From the NCBI RefSeq assembly GCF_032444005.1, contig NC_091288.1, positions 220,658,001 through 220,722,000 on the forward strand: 64,000 nt of DNA. Reading direction: 5' to 3'. This stretch comes from Ranitomeya imitator (taxonomy: Eukaryota). Shown here piece by piece: positions 22,628 to 36,234 of this stretch (position 1 is its first letter; each line of letters starts with the position of its first letter). The notes beneath the pieces are model-generated. The model worked only from the letters and a program-made list of their open reading frames with translations, had not been told where the DNA came from and made no database searches. The translations under genes were made by a program, and so were the position numbers.

Positions 22628-25600
22628 TTAGACTTTGATGGCAAGCTTCATCTCACATGCCTTCAGTGAGTAGCGTTGCCCCTTCCATGATTTCCAAGTC
22701 ATACCCTTTGCATCTTGGTCATTTTTGCCCTTCAGGTATAGGCCATTGAGGTTGGCCATGTGACAGGCGTTGTACCAGGAGGCTCCACGAAAACTGGCTG
22801 CACAGTTACCTGCACTGTTGTCTCTGTCATTGTCATGAGTGGAAAACTTCATCTCGTTCTGAGTTTTCAGTGAATCTCCTGTTGAGATTGTAGACAAAGA
22901 TAATATTACGAAATGCAAAATATCTATGGTCAACACTCAAACCAGCCTTGACCTTACGTCCATCTTTTAGTTTGTGACCCTCACATAATATTTCCCATTT
23001 TTTAAGGCTTTGTTCCTTATACAATACAATGACCTCAATGGATAAGACTGTAAAGAGATCATCAAAATGAAGGCAGCAAAAGGGGTAAAGATGTATTGGG
23101 CAGGGATGTAGAAGACAAGATTTAATTTTCACCTGTACCAAAGAAAAACAACAAAGAACTTCCAAGAACCCTAAAAACCACTGAAGATGTCAACCTCTTA
23201 CCGATAGGTTTGTTGGGGTCGCCATCTTTAAATGCACCAATATAGAGCTTGTATCCGTCCTCCTCTTGATCAATGGCAAACGGAGACAAAGAGAAGGTGT
23301 CATAGATCCCATACCGAGCATCATTGTCAAAATCTACTAGGTCAACCCGGAGATAATAGGACCTCTTCTGGGTGAGGAGGTGAATGTTCTGCAGACCTGG
23401 AGATGATGGCAGGAGGATTTGTGATGTTATACATATCACAAGATTAAAAAGTAAAAAGAATATATAAAAGACAAACTATAAACCCTACCCAGCCAATATT
23501 CTCCATTCGCATTCCCAAACCCTTTCTTATATTCTTTCCAGCCACGATAGAAGTCAACACTCCCATCAAACCTCTTCTGAAACACCTGGAGAGCAGGAGA
23601 CAACCATTAATGGGTCCACATGTGAAAACGCAAGAAACTTAACTAATGTTTCTTGAACATATGGAATTCTCAAACTCTCATCACTATTCATGACTTAGTT
23701 GTTTGAAACTATTTTTAACCTGCAATCTCTCTCATAAATAAGTTTTCTACAGTCTGACAAGAATTCGTCTGGTGCATCAGCTTATATATGCTTATAGAAA
23801 ACAATGTAGACTTATCACTCTCACCCACAAAGCTGTGAACTGGACCACCCTACATCTGTCTACCACCCAACCCGTCCTCTCTACAGTGCTGCACCACCCT
23901 ACATCTCCTCCTCATCTCTGTCTACCACTTTCCTGTCCTCTCCACAGTGCTGCACCACCCTACATCTCCTCCTCATCTCAGTCTACCACCTTCCCGTCCT
24001 CTCCACAGTGCTGCACCACCCTACATCTCTTCCTCATCTCTGTCTACCACTTTCCTGTCCTCTCCACAGTGCTGCACCACCCTACATCTCCTCCTCATCT
24101 CAGTCTACCACCTTCCCGTCCTCTCCACAGTGCTGCACCACCCTACATCTCTTCCTCATCTCTGTCTACCACTTTCCTGTCCTCTCCACAGTGCTGCACC
24201 ACCCTACATCTCCTCCTCATCTCTGTCTACCACCCTACCTATCCTCTCCACAGTGCTGCATCACTCTACATGTCCTCCTCATCTCAGTCTACCACCTTCC
24301 CGTCCTCTTCACAGTGCTGCACCACCCTACATCTCCTCCTCATCTCTGTCTACCACCTTCCCGTCCTCTCCATGGTGCTGCACCGCCCTACATCTCCTCC
24401 TCATCTCAGTCTACCACCTACCTATCCTCTCCACAGTGCTGCATCACTCTACATGTCCTCCTCATCTCAGTCTACCACCTTCTCATCCTCTCCACAGTGC
24501 TGCACCACCCTACATCTCCTCCTCATCTCTGTCTACCACCTTCCCGTCCTCTCCACAGTGCTGCACTGCCCTACTTCTCCTCCTCATCTCTACCACCTAC
24601 CTGTCCTCTCCACAGTGCTGCTCAACCCTAAATCTCCTCCTCATATCTGTCAACCACCCTACCTGTGCTCTCCACAGTGCTGCACCACCCTACATCTCCT
24701 CCTCATCTCTGTCTACCACCTTCCCGTCCTCTCAACAGTGCTGCACCGCCCTACATCTCCTCATCATCTCTGTCTACCACCTTCCCATCCTCTCTACAGT
24801 GCTGCACCACTCTACATCTCCTCCTCATCTCTGTCTACCACCTTCCCGTCCTCTCCACAGTGCTGCACCACTCTTCATCTCCTCCTCATCTCTGTCTACC
24901 ACCTTCTCGTCCTCTCCACAGTGCTACACCGCCCTACATTTCCTCCTCATCTCTGCCACCTACCCGTCCTCTCCACAGTGCTGCATCAACCTACATCTCC
25001 TCATCTCTACCACCTACCTGTCTTCTCCACAGTGCTGCTCCACCCTAAATCTCCTCCTCATCTCTGTCTACCACCTTCCCGTCCTCTCCTCAGTGCTGCT
25101 CAACCCTACATCTCCTCCTCTTCTCTGTCTACCACCTTCTCATCCTCTCCACAGTGCTACACTGCGCTACATCTCCTCCTCATCTCTGCCACCTACACTC
25201 CCTCTCCACAGTGCTGCACCACCCTACATCTCCTCCTCATCTCTGCTTACCACTTACCTGTTCTCTCCACAGTGCTGCACCGGTTTGCATCTCCTGCTCA
25301 TCTCTGTCTACCACCATACCTGTCTTCTCCACAGTGCTGCACCACCCTACATTCCCTCCTCATCTGTCTACCACCATACCTGTTCTCTCCACAGTGCTGC
25401 ACCACCCTACATCTCCTCCTCATCTCTGCTTACCGCTTTCCTGTCCTCTCCTCAGTGCTGCACCACCCTATATCTCCTCCTCATCTCTGCCTACCACCTT
25501 ACCTGTCCTCTCCACAGTGCTACACCACCATACATCTCCTCCTCATCTCTGCTTACCACTTTCCTGTCCTCTCCTCAGTGCTGCACCACCCTATATCTCC

Positions 25601-26687
25601 TGCTCATCTCTGCCTACCACCTTACCTGTCCTCTCCACAGTGCTGCACCACCCTACATCTCCTCCTCATCTCTGTCTACCACCTTACCTGTCCTCTCCAC
25701 AGTGCTGCCCCGCTTTACATCTCCTCTTCATCTCTGTCTACCACCTACTTGTCCTCTTCACAGTGCTGCACCGCCCTACATCTCCTCCTCATCTCTGTCT
25801 ACCTCCTTACCTGTCCTCTCCACAGTGCTGCACCACCCTACATCTCCTCCTCATCTCTGTCTACCACCTACTTGTCCTCTCCACAGTGCTGCACCACCCT
25901 ACATCTCCTCCTCATCTCTGCTTACCACTTTCCTGTCCTCTCCTCAGTGCTGCACCACCCTACATCTCCTCCTCATCTCTGTCTACCACTACCCGTCACT
26001 CCTATTTCTCACCGTCCAGGGTCCACCATCGCTGCTCATGTCACAATACACAGGTACTGGGGGAGAGCTCAGACCACCAGGATAAATCAGGTACACGCCG
26101 TCTGAGGTCAGACCCTGAGCAAATACATCCGAGCAGTCAAGAGGGTGGCAGGTATCTCTGCAGGTATCGACTAGAAGGAGAGGACACAAGACGCGGTCAG
26201 AGGCCTCTGTAGATCAATTGCATCTAAAGATGTTATTACACTTCACCCTAAACTCTTTATAAAGTCAATCATTAAAATATCTCTACTTACAGCAAAATTG
26301 CAGATCTCATGGTTCTTAAATGATCCCTTAAAATATAATTTTCCCCGATTTACCTAGTTCCTATGTTCCCATGCCCCTTAATAGAGGGGTGGCGCTATAC
26401 TTACAACTACTCTGGTTCAGAAGTGCAGATCCTGGGGTCACGTAACCGCTCTGCAGCAGCAAAAAAAAGGCGAAATTCAGCGTCAGCTTCTGATTGGAGG
26501 AGAAGTATATAAATGTTATTACAGGTCAGTGTTGCCAGTAATATATCTGATCTGTCAATAATTAGGATCTTCGTCACATCGTTTATTCATATCCGGACTT
26601 ATAATTAGCCCATAGCGTACCAGGAATCATCTCTCACGGGTAACGTTGTATCACCGGACACTACCACCACTGTGTTCTTACCTCCAT
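22628..26687 (-). CDS. MFAP4-like fibrinogen-domain protein, paralog B, 263 aa, spliced
   Basis: Exons 26687-26682 (ME), 26489-26405 ([15 protein letters not shown].. signal peptide), 26170-26013, 23585-23489 (97 nt), 23396-23202 (195 nt) and 22878-22628. GT-AG throughout, frame intact. Motifs [58 protein letters not shown] at about 22238-22243. Confidence 0.9.
23845..25995. repeat. ~61-bp minisatellite (CTCTCCACAGTGCTGCACCACCCTACATCTCCTCCTCATCTCTGTCTACCACC..) in paralog B intron 3
   Basis: About 35 degenerate copies; abuts the exon 3 donor at 26012. Confidence 0.93.
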
Positions 26688-26724
26688 GGTCGGGAATATC
26701 TCCACCCTAGAGATGGCGTTCAGG

Positions 26725-26820
26725 TCTCTTCTCTATAAAGGGCGAGGTCACAAGTCATTACCGGCCTGCCAGACCCAATATTAACCCGATGTGGACTTCC
26801 TGGTCAGAGCCGAGGAAGAG
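26725..26820 (-). promoter_or_regulatory. Paralog B proximal promoter with ETS core (CAGGAAGT) and CCAAT
   Basis: ACTTCCTG at 26795-26802 and CCAAT at about 26775. The block aligns by eye with the paralog C promoter at the same distance from the ATG. Confidence 0.45.
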
Positions 26821-28474
26821 GATAATGAAATCTTTCAGACTTCTCAGGAAGTTATAGAGGGGCAGACAGAGCGGGGCTTGTGCATTTACAGGAAATATGT
26901 TTCTTAGTCTTCATTCTAGAACGTTGCCCTGATCTGAAGATGTCAGCGTCATCCTAAGTCCTGGCAGATAAACGCCTGACTTCTTGTAGCACCCTGTGCC
27001 CAGAGCTGCTCTACATCTATATATCTGACTCTTAGGACTGTTATCTAGGGATATATCATAATATAGGATGAAACATAGGAGTGAATATTTGCTCAGCATG
27101 ATCTGATTGGACGATTTACCTAGAAAGTTCTTCCCCTGCTTAGAGGAGAAGAAACCAATGCCTGGAAAAACAAGCTTTTCCAAGATATTTCTCCACCTAC
27201 AAACTAAAAAGTGGTGAAACCTGCAGGTCAACATCTCTTCGACTTATGTCCTGGGAAACAAAAAAGCCCAAACTATCAAGGGTCAGTCAGAGCTCCCCCA
27301 TAAACATTGGTTAGTTAGCCCATCCCATGGGTATAACTGGTTTTAATTTATTTATAAAAAGATTTGGAGACTTTTAAACATTCAGCCCAATCTTGGACCC
27401 TTAACATAATGGTCAGATCCTCCATCCATCCATCCATCCAAGGTCCATCCAAGGTCCACTCATCTATAGGTCAAGTCAATGGTGTAATGTGCACAATTCT
27501 TTCAGAAGAAAACAAGAAAAAAATGACTTATTTTTCTTTTGACATTTTGTGTCCTCCTCAGAAATGGCTGAAGATCTGGTGGACCTGTGAGCTGTAGTGA
27601 TGGCAACATGACTGTTATAGAGACATAGACGCCCCTCTATAGTGCCCTCCGTTCTGCAGGCCGCTGTGTGTCTACAAGACGTTGGCATCGTGGCGGTGCA
27701 GGCAGCACAATGATGTCCTGAATTGCGCCATCTTCTCTGTGTAGAGGTGAGAAGAAGACTCGAGAGCCCCAATTAGGTGAGTTTTCTTACTTTTAGAGAG
27801 GGCATTATTACTGGATTACTGGATGATTATTGTCTTGTCTGGTCGACATGGAGCCACCCTGTCCTCAGCTACTCCTTATTCTGGCTCATAAAGGGGGCTT
27901 CACGTACAGGTTCCCAATATGTCATCCACATGGCCTAATAGGACAGGCTAACAGGGGTTCTCTTGGTGGGACCGCTCTCTAATAGACTGCTCATGTACCA
28001 CCATTGATGTGGTTGCCCAGCTTGAAGTTGAGGATCTTGACTTTCGGCCTGAAAATGAAGGATACATCTTAGCTACATGTGAGAAGTAATAAGAGCGAAT
28101 GTCAGGACTTCGGATGGAATAAGGTTTTTGTAACAACCTAACATTTATTTTACTGCGACAATTACATAGAGAACAATTGATTTACACTCGGTGTATAATT
28201 ATTTCTGAATATGAGTCAAGATACACGAGACAACACAACATGAGACACCAGAAACGTCCACATCCCGAGGATTCTCCCGATCTAGATTGTGGTCTTCACG
28301 AGTCCATTCACTATGATCATTTCGACAAGTCCAATAACAATTAATTGTTTCCTTCCTGCTTGAATTTCCACCAGTTGTTACATTCTAACGAAGAAGAACA
28401 TCAGGACTGGCGGTTGGTCGGTCTCGTCGGGTCATGTACGTAGAGGTTGGTTGTAGTCACAGATCATGGTTATG

Positions 28475-28670
28475 GTTTTCTGATACCACCAGAGGTTGGC
28501 ACAATCTTCATCTCCGTCCACTGTAAGGTATGATGCCAGAATCTCACCCACCGGTGATGCCATGCTGGTAGTAACCATTTAGATTAGTGCCGTGACACTG
28601 GTTGTACCAGGAGGCTCCATGACAGATCCGAGCACAATTATCATCATCTGTATCTCCATCGTGACTATGG
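28475..28670 (-). pseudogene. Orphan degenerate copy of the MFAP4-like last exon
   Basis: HDGDTDDDNCARICHGASWYNQCHGTNLNGYYQHGITGG* then, after a frameshift or deletion, QWTEMKIVP; closest to paralog C exon 6. Confidence 0.8.
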
Positions 28671-29272
28671 ATCAGACATTTGTCCTGGTTATTGCTTAGA
28701 AGAGATTTCTCTCTGAATGAAAACACAAACCCAGCCCCCTCTCCTATAACGAGTTGGCTTCTGGATTTATCTACATTTTGGCATTCCTTGATTCCTGCCC
28801 ATTCAACAACCCAACAGTCGGCTCTTGCCAACTTTCACCATACCCAAAACCAAACCATTATCTGGTTCAATGTGGCTCATACTCAGGTACTTAGAGGGCA
28901 AGATCAGGATTGGACTGGTCCATGGTCCATTCGATCACCAGAAGATCCTCAGATTGACCATAATTCTAATACTACATTGGACCCCTACCAAAAGCTGATT
29001 CAAAGACAACCTTATTTGGTGGAGACTTTGGAGCCAATCACTAGAATACATTTTTTTAAGGGAAATAAAGAAAAATATTCACATCTACTCAACGGTAAGA
29101 AGTTAAGAGTTTTTTGATTAAAATGAACTTGTTTGTGGGTAAACCCTTGTAATGATAAAGTCCGGTTCTATAACTACATGCATTATTGAAGGTATGTACA
29201 TTGTACTGGCGCCGGTGATCCGCTACTCTCTGGTGGTTTCCCTCACTTAGATCATGTGACTTTGTGCCGCCA

Positions 29273-32200
29273 TCACTGTTGCTCTGACTTAGTGGGCGCG
29301 ATCTTCATCTCAGTCCTCTTTAATGAATAATAAGCTCCTTTCCACGTGGCCCACACAACGCCGGTGGCGTACTCCGCGGTGACGCCTTGCTGGTATTTCC
29401 CATTCAGATTGGCGCCATGACAGTGGTTGTACCAGAAGGCCCCGTGATACATCACTGCACAGTTACCGACATAGACGTCTCGGTCGCGGTCGTAGGTAGA
29501 AAAGTTCATCCGGTTGTGATTCGGTAGAGAATTTCCTGGAAATTAGAAAACTGAGCTGAATACGTTTCCTGGGGCAGAACTTTAGTATCTTTCTTTCCTT
29601 TGGACCCTGAATGGCGCCATTACTATATACTGGCATCGTATGGCATGAATATTTGTTTTGGATTGTATACTACACTACTTTTTATGTTTAGTTACTGTGT
29701 GGTGCTATTGTTTATGCACAGTATGGCGGTATTATTTGTGTACTGTATGGCAGTGTAATTTAGGCACTGCATTGCACTATTATTCATGCACTGTATGGCA
29801 GTATTATTATGCACTGTATAGCAGTATTATTTATGCACTGTATGACAGTAGTATTATGCACTGTATGGTAGTATTATTTATGCACTGTATGGTAGTATTA
29901 TTTATGCACTGTATTGCAGTATTTTATGCACTGTATAGCAGTATTATTATGCACTGTATAGCAGTATTATTTATGCACTGTATGGTAGTATTATTTATGC
30001 ACTGTATGGTAGTATTATTTATGCACTGTATTGCAGTATTATTATGCACTGTATGAGAGTATTATTATGCACTCTATGGCAGTATTATTTATGCACTGTA
30101 TTGCAGTATTATTATGCACTGTATAGCAGTATTATTTATGCACTGTATTGCAGTATTATTATGCACTGTATGGCAGTATTATTTATGTGCTGTACTGCAG
30201 TATTTTATGCACTGTATTATTTATGCACTGTATTGCAGTATTATTATGCACTGTATGGCAGTATTATTATGTACTGTATGACAGTATTATTATGCACTGT
30301 ATAGCAGTATTATTTATGCACTGTATTGCAGTATTATTATGCACTGTATTGTAGTATTATTATGTACTGTATGACAGTATTATTATGCACTGTATAGCAG
30401 TATTATTTATGCACTGTATTGCAGTATTACTATGCACTGTATGGCAGTATTATTTATGCGCTGTATTGCAGTATTTTATGCACTGTATTGCAGTATTATT
30501 ATGCACTGTATGACAGTATTATTATGCACTGTATAGCAGTATTATTTATGCACTATATTGCAGTATTATTTATGCACTGTATTGCAGTATTATTATGCAC
30601 TGTATGACATTATTATTATGCACTGTATAGCAGTATTATTTATGCACTGTATTGCAGTATTATTATGCACTGTATGACAGTATTATTTATGCACTGTATT
30701 GCAGTATTTTATGCACTATATGGCAGCATTATTTTTGCACTGTATGGCAGTATTATTTATGCACTATATTGCAGTATTATTTATGCACTGTCTGGCACTA
30801 TTATTCATTCACTGTATAGCTGTATTATTTATACACTGCATGACAGTATTATTTATGCACTGTATTGCATTATTATTTATGCACTGTATGGCAGTATTAT
30901 TATGCACTGTATGGCACTATTACATACCAGCACGTTTTGCAGGATCTCCCTCCTTAAAGCCATCAATATCCAGCTTGTACCCGTCCTCGTCAGGGTTGAT
31001 GGCCAGAGGTGAGAGGGAGAAGGAGTCATAGGTCACATGTCGTGTGTTGTTCTCAAAGTCCTCCATGTCGATGCGCAGACCATACGTCTTCTTCTGGGTC
31101 AGGAGGAAAATATTCTGTAAACCTAAATACATGATTGACAAGTAATAAGCATTGTGCCCCCAAATGTGAAGCCAGTGCCCCCAAAGTGAGGAAGGAGCAG
31201 TTACCCAGCCAGTATTCTCCGGAGGCTCGGCCAAAGCCAAACTTATAGTCTTCCCAACCCCGGTAGAAATCCACACCACCATCAAACCTCTTCTGGAAGA
31301 CCTGCAAGGAGACGAACAGTTCAGCTCCAGAGACACTGAGCCAGCGGGGAGCATCTGTGTGATGAGAGATGGCGGAGATGTCATCTATAGAGCGAGACTC
31401 AGACATTGGTAGGACGGGCGTCAGATGATGTCAGAGGAGCAGGTACTCACCATCCAGGGTCCTCCATCACCACTACATGCATCCAATGAGAGTATAGGGA
31501 CACACAATGATCTAAGACTATCATCCTCCATAACCTGAGCCTCCCATTACCATTTCTAAGACTTCTCTCATGCTGCACCATCTCTCTGAAATGTGCTACC
31601 ACAAAGTCACAGCGGCTACTTACCGTCCAGGGTCCTCCAGCGCTGCTCATGTCACAATACACAGATACAGGAGAGGAGCTCACACTGCCCAGGTATATGA
31701 GGTACACCCCGTCCGAGGTCAGTCCCTGCGCAAACACATCCGAGCAGTCGAGGGGGTGGCAGGTATCTCTGCAGATATTGACTAGGAGGAGAGGGCACAA
31801 GATGAGCTCATATAACGTTGTCATTACACCATAGAAATGTCCATTTAGTTACCGTAAACTTTCAGTCACTGAAAGGGAGCAGCCATGTAAGAGGGTTACA
31901 AATGACTTCTGGCGAAAGAAGGACTGGCCGATTGATTTGTGAGCTATCATCTCCCACACCTGGACTTGTGCTCATTGTGTGAGAGCGGTGGACTGTGGTC
32001 ACGTTCCTGCCCCCGAAGCCATCAATCGCATTGTAATATAGTGTAAATAATGTTATGCCTCTTTTACTGTGGCATCTAAGCAAGAAGTGCCTCGTAAGTA
32101 AATGTTCTTCTGTTAAAGAGTCGGTGGGGAATCTCCAGCCAGGGCCGTCCTGTAAATTATACTGAGGTTATGGCCTACCGGACAAGGCAGGCGTTCCTCT

Positions 32201-32790
32201 AACATCTATCGCCAGCCACATATCAAACACGATGTCCTATATCATGTCCTAAGAGTAGGGAACTCCAGAGTCAGTGCTACCAGTGAGAAGGCCTGAAATG
32301 TCCAGAGCCCGACTACACCTGGATTATAAATGGAGGTGTGTTAGACCCCTCGATAAAGGCTGACCTGAGCACCGGTCCATGTTCTGCTGGCCATTTGGTC
32401 ATACCTGAGCCCAGAACAACCAAGGAACCTTAGAGATGACCTAACAACCATGCGAGGCATGATCCCGGTCCGGAGGTTCCCAAATTGTAATCAATTTCTG
32501 CAGCCACATCTCTGTCTAATCTCACTAAACCCATTGATTTAGAATTCCCATCAGTGTCTCATCACCAGGGCAGAGAAGTGATGCCGTACTCACGATTAAC
32601 CTGGTTCAAAGGCGCAGAATGAGCAGAATGCAGGAGGAGGACGACGACGACAATCAGCAGCAACTTCTGATGGGGGAAGATGATAGAATACAATGAGATA
32701 TGTGAGAGTCGCCAACGATAGGACTTAGAACCTTCCAGAAGGTGACATTGTTTCACAGGATCCCCTCCCCCGATCTGCTCTTACCTTCAT
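29273..32790 (-). CDS. MFAP4-like fibrinogen-domain protein, paralog C, 263 aa, spliced
   Basis: Exons 32790-32785 (GCCACC ATG AAG|GT), 32666-32594 ([17 protein letters not shown] signal peptide), 31781-31624, 31301-31205 (97 nt), 31122-30928 (195 nt) and 29535-29273. Frame intact. P-domain [32 protein letters not shown]. Confidence 0.92.
29665..30922. repeat. AT-rich ~21-24-bp minisatellite (CAGTATTATTTATGCACTGTAT(G/T)G) in paralog C intron 5
   Basis: About 50 copies starting immediately inside the exon 5 donor. Confidence 0.93.
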
Positions 32791-32834
32791 GGTGGCGAAT
32801 ACCTGCAGACTGTGGACAGTGCTCAGACCTCGGC

Positions 32835-32906
32835 TTTATAAAGGACGCGGTCACGTGTTGTTGTCATTGTCAGATCCAATATTACCTCATCCTGGACTTC
32901 CTGGAA
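32835..32906 (-). promoter_or_regulatory. Paralog C promoter: TATAAA, CCAAT and overlapping ETS/GAS motifs
   Basis: TATAAA at 32835-32840, CCAAT at about 32876, ACTTCCTG at 32896-32903 and TTCCTGGAA at 32898-32906. Confidence 0.5.
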
Positions 32907-35420
32907 GGTTGGAGAATTGGCAGAGGGTAAATAAATGCCCAGAATTATCGGAAGTGAGAGAAGAGTAGGGGCTTGTGCAATTACAGGGATGGCTCACCCC
33001 CATCAAAATCTGGGAGATTCCTAAAATTTGTTTTAAACAGATTCGATTTGGTTCTGAATCAAATGCAGTGTTAAAACCAACTTTAATAGAGATGATCCAA
33101 GCCTCCGACCCCTGGGTTACAGCCGGCAGCTCCAATTCTTTAGTTTCTGGAACATGAACCGCAAACGTGTCATTTCCATTCGCTCAACATTTCCTTACAA
33201 AAGTGACTGAAAATCTGCACATTTCACACAGAGTTCAGTCTCTTTAGGTCCCCTAAGTCCTCGTTTTCGATCAGTTTGGTCCTGAATTTGGTCTCATCTT
33301 GATATTTCTTCAATTTGGTCCATTTCACAACCCAAAGCAGATCTCTTACCTCATCTCATCGATCTTATCCGGATAAGTAGAAAAGAAGTTGCAAACTTTC
33401 AGCAGATTCAGACACATCTAAGACGAGTTACATAAAATCGTGGAATCAGCACAAGTGTAAGATCTCGATGTTTTATAGACAACAACGTGACTGTTGGGTA
33501 ACGATTTATTACTGTGGTTATAGTTCACTTTCTGAGGTTCTGCTCCTGGACAAACTCCTGTTCACATGTTACATCCAGACATGTTCATTGCAATCCACAG
33601 CTACAAGGTTGTGGTGGTTCTGAAGAAGAAATGATAACATCAAGGAGAAATCCACAAAACCTGACCGACCAGAGCTACTAACCCTGGCAACTCAAGGATT
33701 AGAAGACACAAGTTATCTCCATGAGTACAACCGATGATCAGATTCCCGGTACATGGACCTTAATGCACAGAGGCGCAGGTTATTGCCAGTGCATGTGCCC
33801 TTACAAAATGTCCCTCTAATAACCATAAGTGGTGTGTGGCCATCAGGTTCCCTCGCCTTCCTGCAACCCATTGTTCTTCCTTCATGGGAGCGCAGGCTAG
33901 ACTGAGGTTCTTGTCCAGCCCTGGGGTGGAAGAAGCTCAGATGAAAGCTGGGAATAAGAGGTCCTCTCCCTAAACTTCGGCAAGAGGAAGTCAGTTATAG
34001 TCAACCTTGCTATGGCCTTGTAGTCCTGAAGGATAAGGAAAGGTGCGATGGGGGCTCTCTGCCTTTCTAGGAGGGCTTACAATAGACTTCAAGACTTCAT
34101 CCTTACGCACTTTTTTGTACTTGGATAAAGGAAGTCAAAATGTCAGAAGTAAAGAAAAAAAAAGGAGAATAAATAACTCACAAAGAAAACTCCATAAGAA
34201 AAATGGAATAAGGAGAAGCTTTAACTACAGGCCATGAGAATTTCTGGAAGTAAAGAATGTGTGCGAGTTGCAAAAGAAAGAAACGTAAGGAGGAAGATCA
34301 GTCAAAATAACAAGTCTCGGAAAGCTCCAGAGAAACATAAAAAGACTTACGAGGAGACAACCAGTGGAGATATGATGACCGACGAGGACCCTCACATCTC
34401 ATGGCGTCACCTCAACAGCTCGGTCTCCACCACAACGTGGATAAAAGGTAACATAGACCTTGAGGCCTGTCTTGGCTTTTCAAAAGGTCTATTCCTGTAA
34501 AGTGTCCTGAGGAAGAAAGATTGGAAGGAGGACATTTCTAGACTACAGATGAATGAATTAAATTTACTTCAATTTTACAAAAAAATCAGATTTTTTTTGT
34601 GATTCATTTTGTGTAAATTAATTTCTAGAAAGCTGGGAAAGAGGAAAAGAAAAACAATAAAACCATACTCCGCTGCTTCCGCCCCCTCGCTGAGCCTTCA
34701 TCCTCTGTTTTACTTCTGCACAACACATTGGTTCCTCTTCCTCCATCTTCACTCTGTGATGGGAGAACCGCATGGATTGGACTTCTAAGATCACGACACA
34801 AGTCATGACATGACAACATGAGCCGCCTGACATCACAACCACAAAGCCTAGTTATTGCCGTAGACTGGTGGTAATTGGAGGCTCAGGTGAGCACAATGGT
34901 CAGGTTTTTCTACGCTTTTGTGCCTAGAGAGATCTCCGAGCAGAAGTCTCATTTTATTTACATCTCATAAGTTTGATCTGCGGAGCTGGAATATCAGCAG
35001 ATTTGCTCTCCACTAATTCACGACCCCTTTTTGTGATCTCGGATCCATTGTTTTTTGCAGAGATAATTGATCAAGATGGTTCATGAGTCGACTAGTAGCT
35101 ACAACAACTGGTGATGGAGACCAAACACAAGGGGCTAATCTTGGATTTCTGGCACTACGTCAGTTAAAAGCTTTAACACTATTCCCATTTTGAGTGCTCT
35201 TTTAGAAGGGAGCCCTGAAAATGAGCTCCTCACAAGAAGTCCTGCTAAATGAGACTCCCGATAATCATCTGTGATCGGTGGCACCAACACGAGGTCGACA
35301 ACTGTAGAAAAAGATGAAAAAAATGAAGATACGTCAGATAATCTCGCTACAACCAGATAATCGATCACCTACCGGTCGATCTTGCAGGATACCTCACCAG
35401 GGCTGAGAAACAAGTCAATT

Positions 35421-35516
35421 CATAGGTCACATGTCGTGAGTCATTATGAAAGTCCTCCAGGCCGATGAGTAGACGATACGTCTTCTTCTGGGTCAGGAAT
35501 AAAATGTTCTGAAAAC
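35421..35516 (-). pseudogene. Truncated MFAP4-like exon 5 fragment
   Basis: Intact acceptor then GFQNILFLTQKKTYRLLIGLEDFHNDSRHVTY, breaking off into unrelated sequence. Confidence 0.8.
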
Positions 35517-35911
35517 CTGAACAGATGAATGTGTAGTGATCGGCGTCGTGTCCCCTCAAATGTGATTACGTGGGGACAGTGCCTGATCCCTGAAAGACAC
35601 AGGACCAGACCTCGTCTCGCCACCAGGGGTCATTCATTCTCTATCCCTCTAGTGCGGAAAATGCTGGTAGATGTCTCCACTGTAGCCCACTCACTGGGCA
35701 CCCGCAGCAGATGTCTCCCAAAATGCAGCCCCAGCTAAACTAGTCCCCTCTTGGTGGCCAAACAGACCTGGGGTGTGATACCCTGAACATCACGGGCAGG
35801 GATCACATCACTGTGAAGAAGGAACAGAAGCAAAGCACATCCGAACAGGACTGGGACTAAAACAGTATGGCGGATGAGCTGGTGCCTTCCCGCGGCTTGC
35901 CGGGCCCAGCT

Positions 35912-36234
35912 TCTAGGCATCAGGGAAAAGCTTGAATTGTCCAATTCGCATTCAATAAATTTGAAGAAAAATGAATTTGCAAGTAATAAATTACAAAAGA
36001 AAAAAAAAGCAACAACCTTTTGATATTCACCTCTCCTTGGCCCTCCGATACCTGCTCTGCCACCTCGCCCGCCTCCCGCTGCTCCCATCCTTCCTCTCCG
36101 GTCAGCAGGTTACTTTGGGCACAGCCTAGATCTTTCTGCAAATTCAGTCCCCCGAAATTTGGAATAGTTCAAATATGAAGTTTTGGCGAAATTTGTAGCA
36201 AAATACATTTGTTAGAATCGATTTGTCCATCTCT
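35912..36234. mobile_element. Degenerate MITE-like remnant (possibly hAT-type)
   Basis: Right end ..TCCATCTCTA resembles TAGAGATG-type termini; the left end is eroded. Confidence 0.25.

Noticed and set aside
23772-26212. 777, 712 and 352 aa ORFs
   Set aside because: 61-bp intronic minisatellite lying antisense inside paralog B intron 3.
34043-34500. Lys-rich short ORFs
   Set aside because: No recognisable domain or splice context; A-rich composition explains them.
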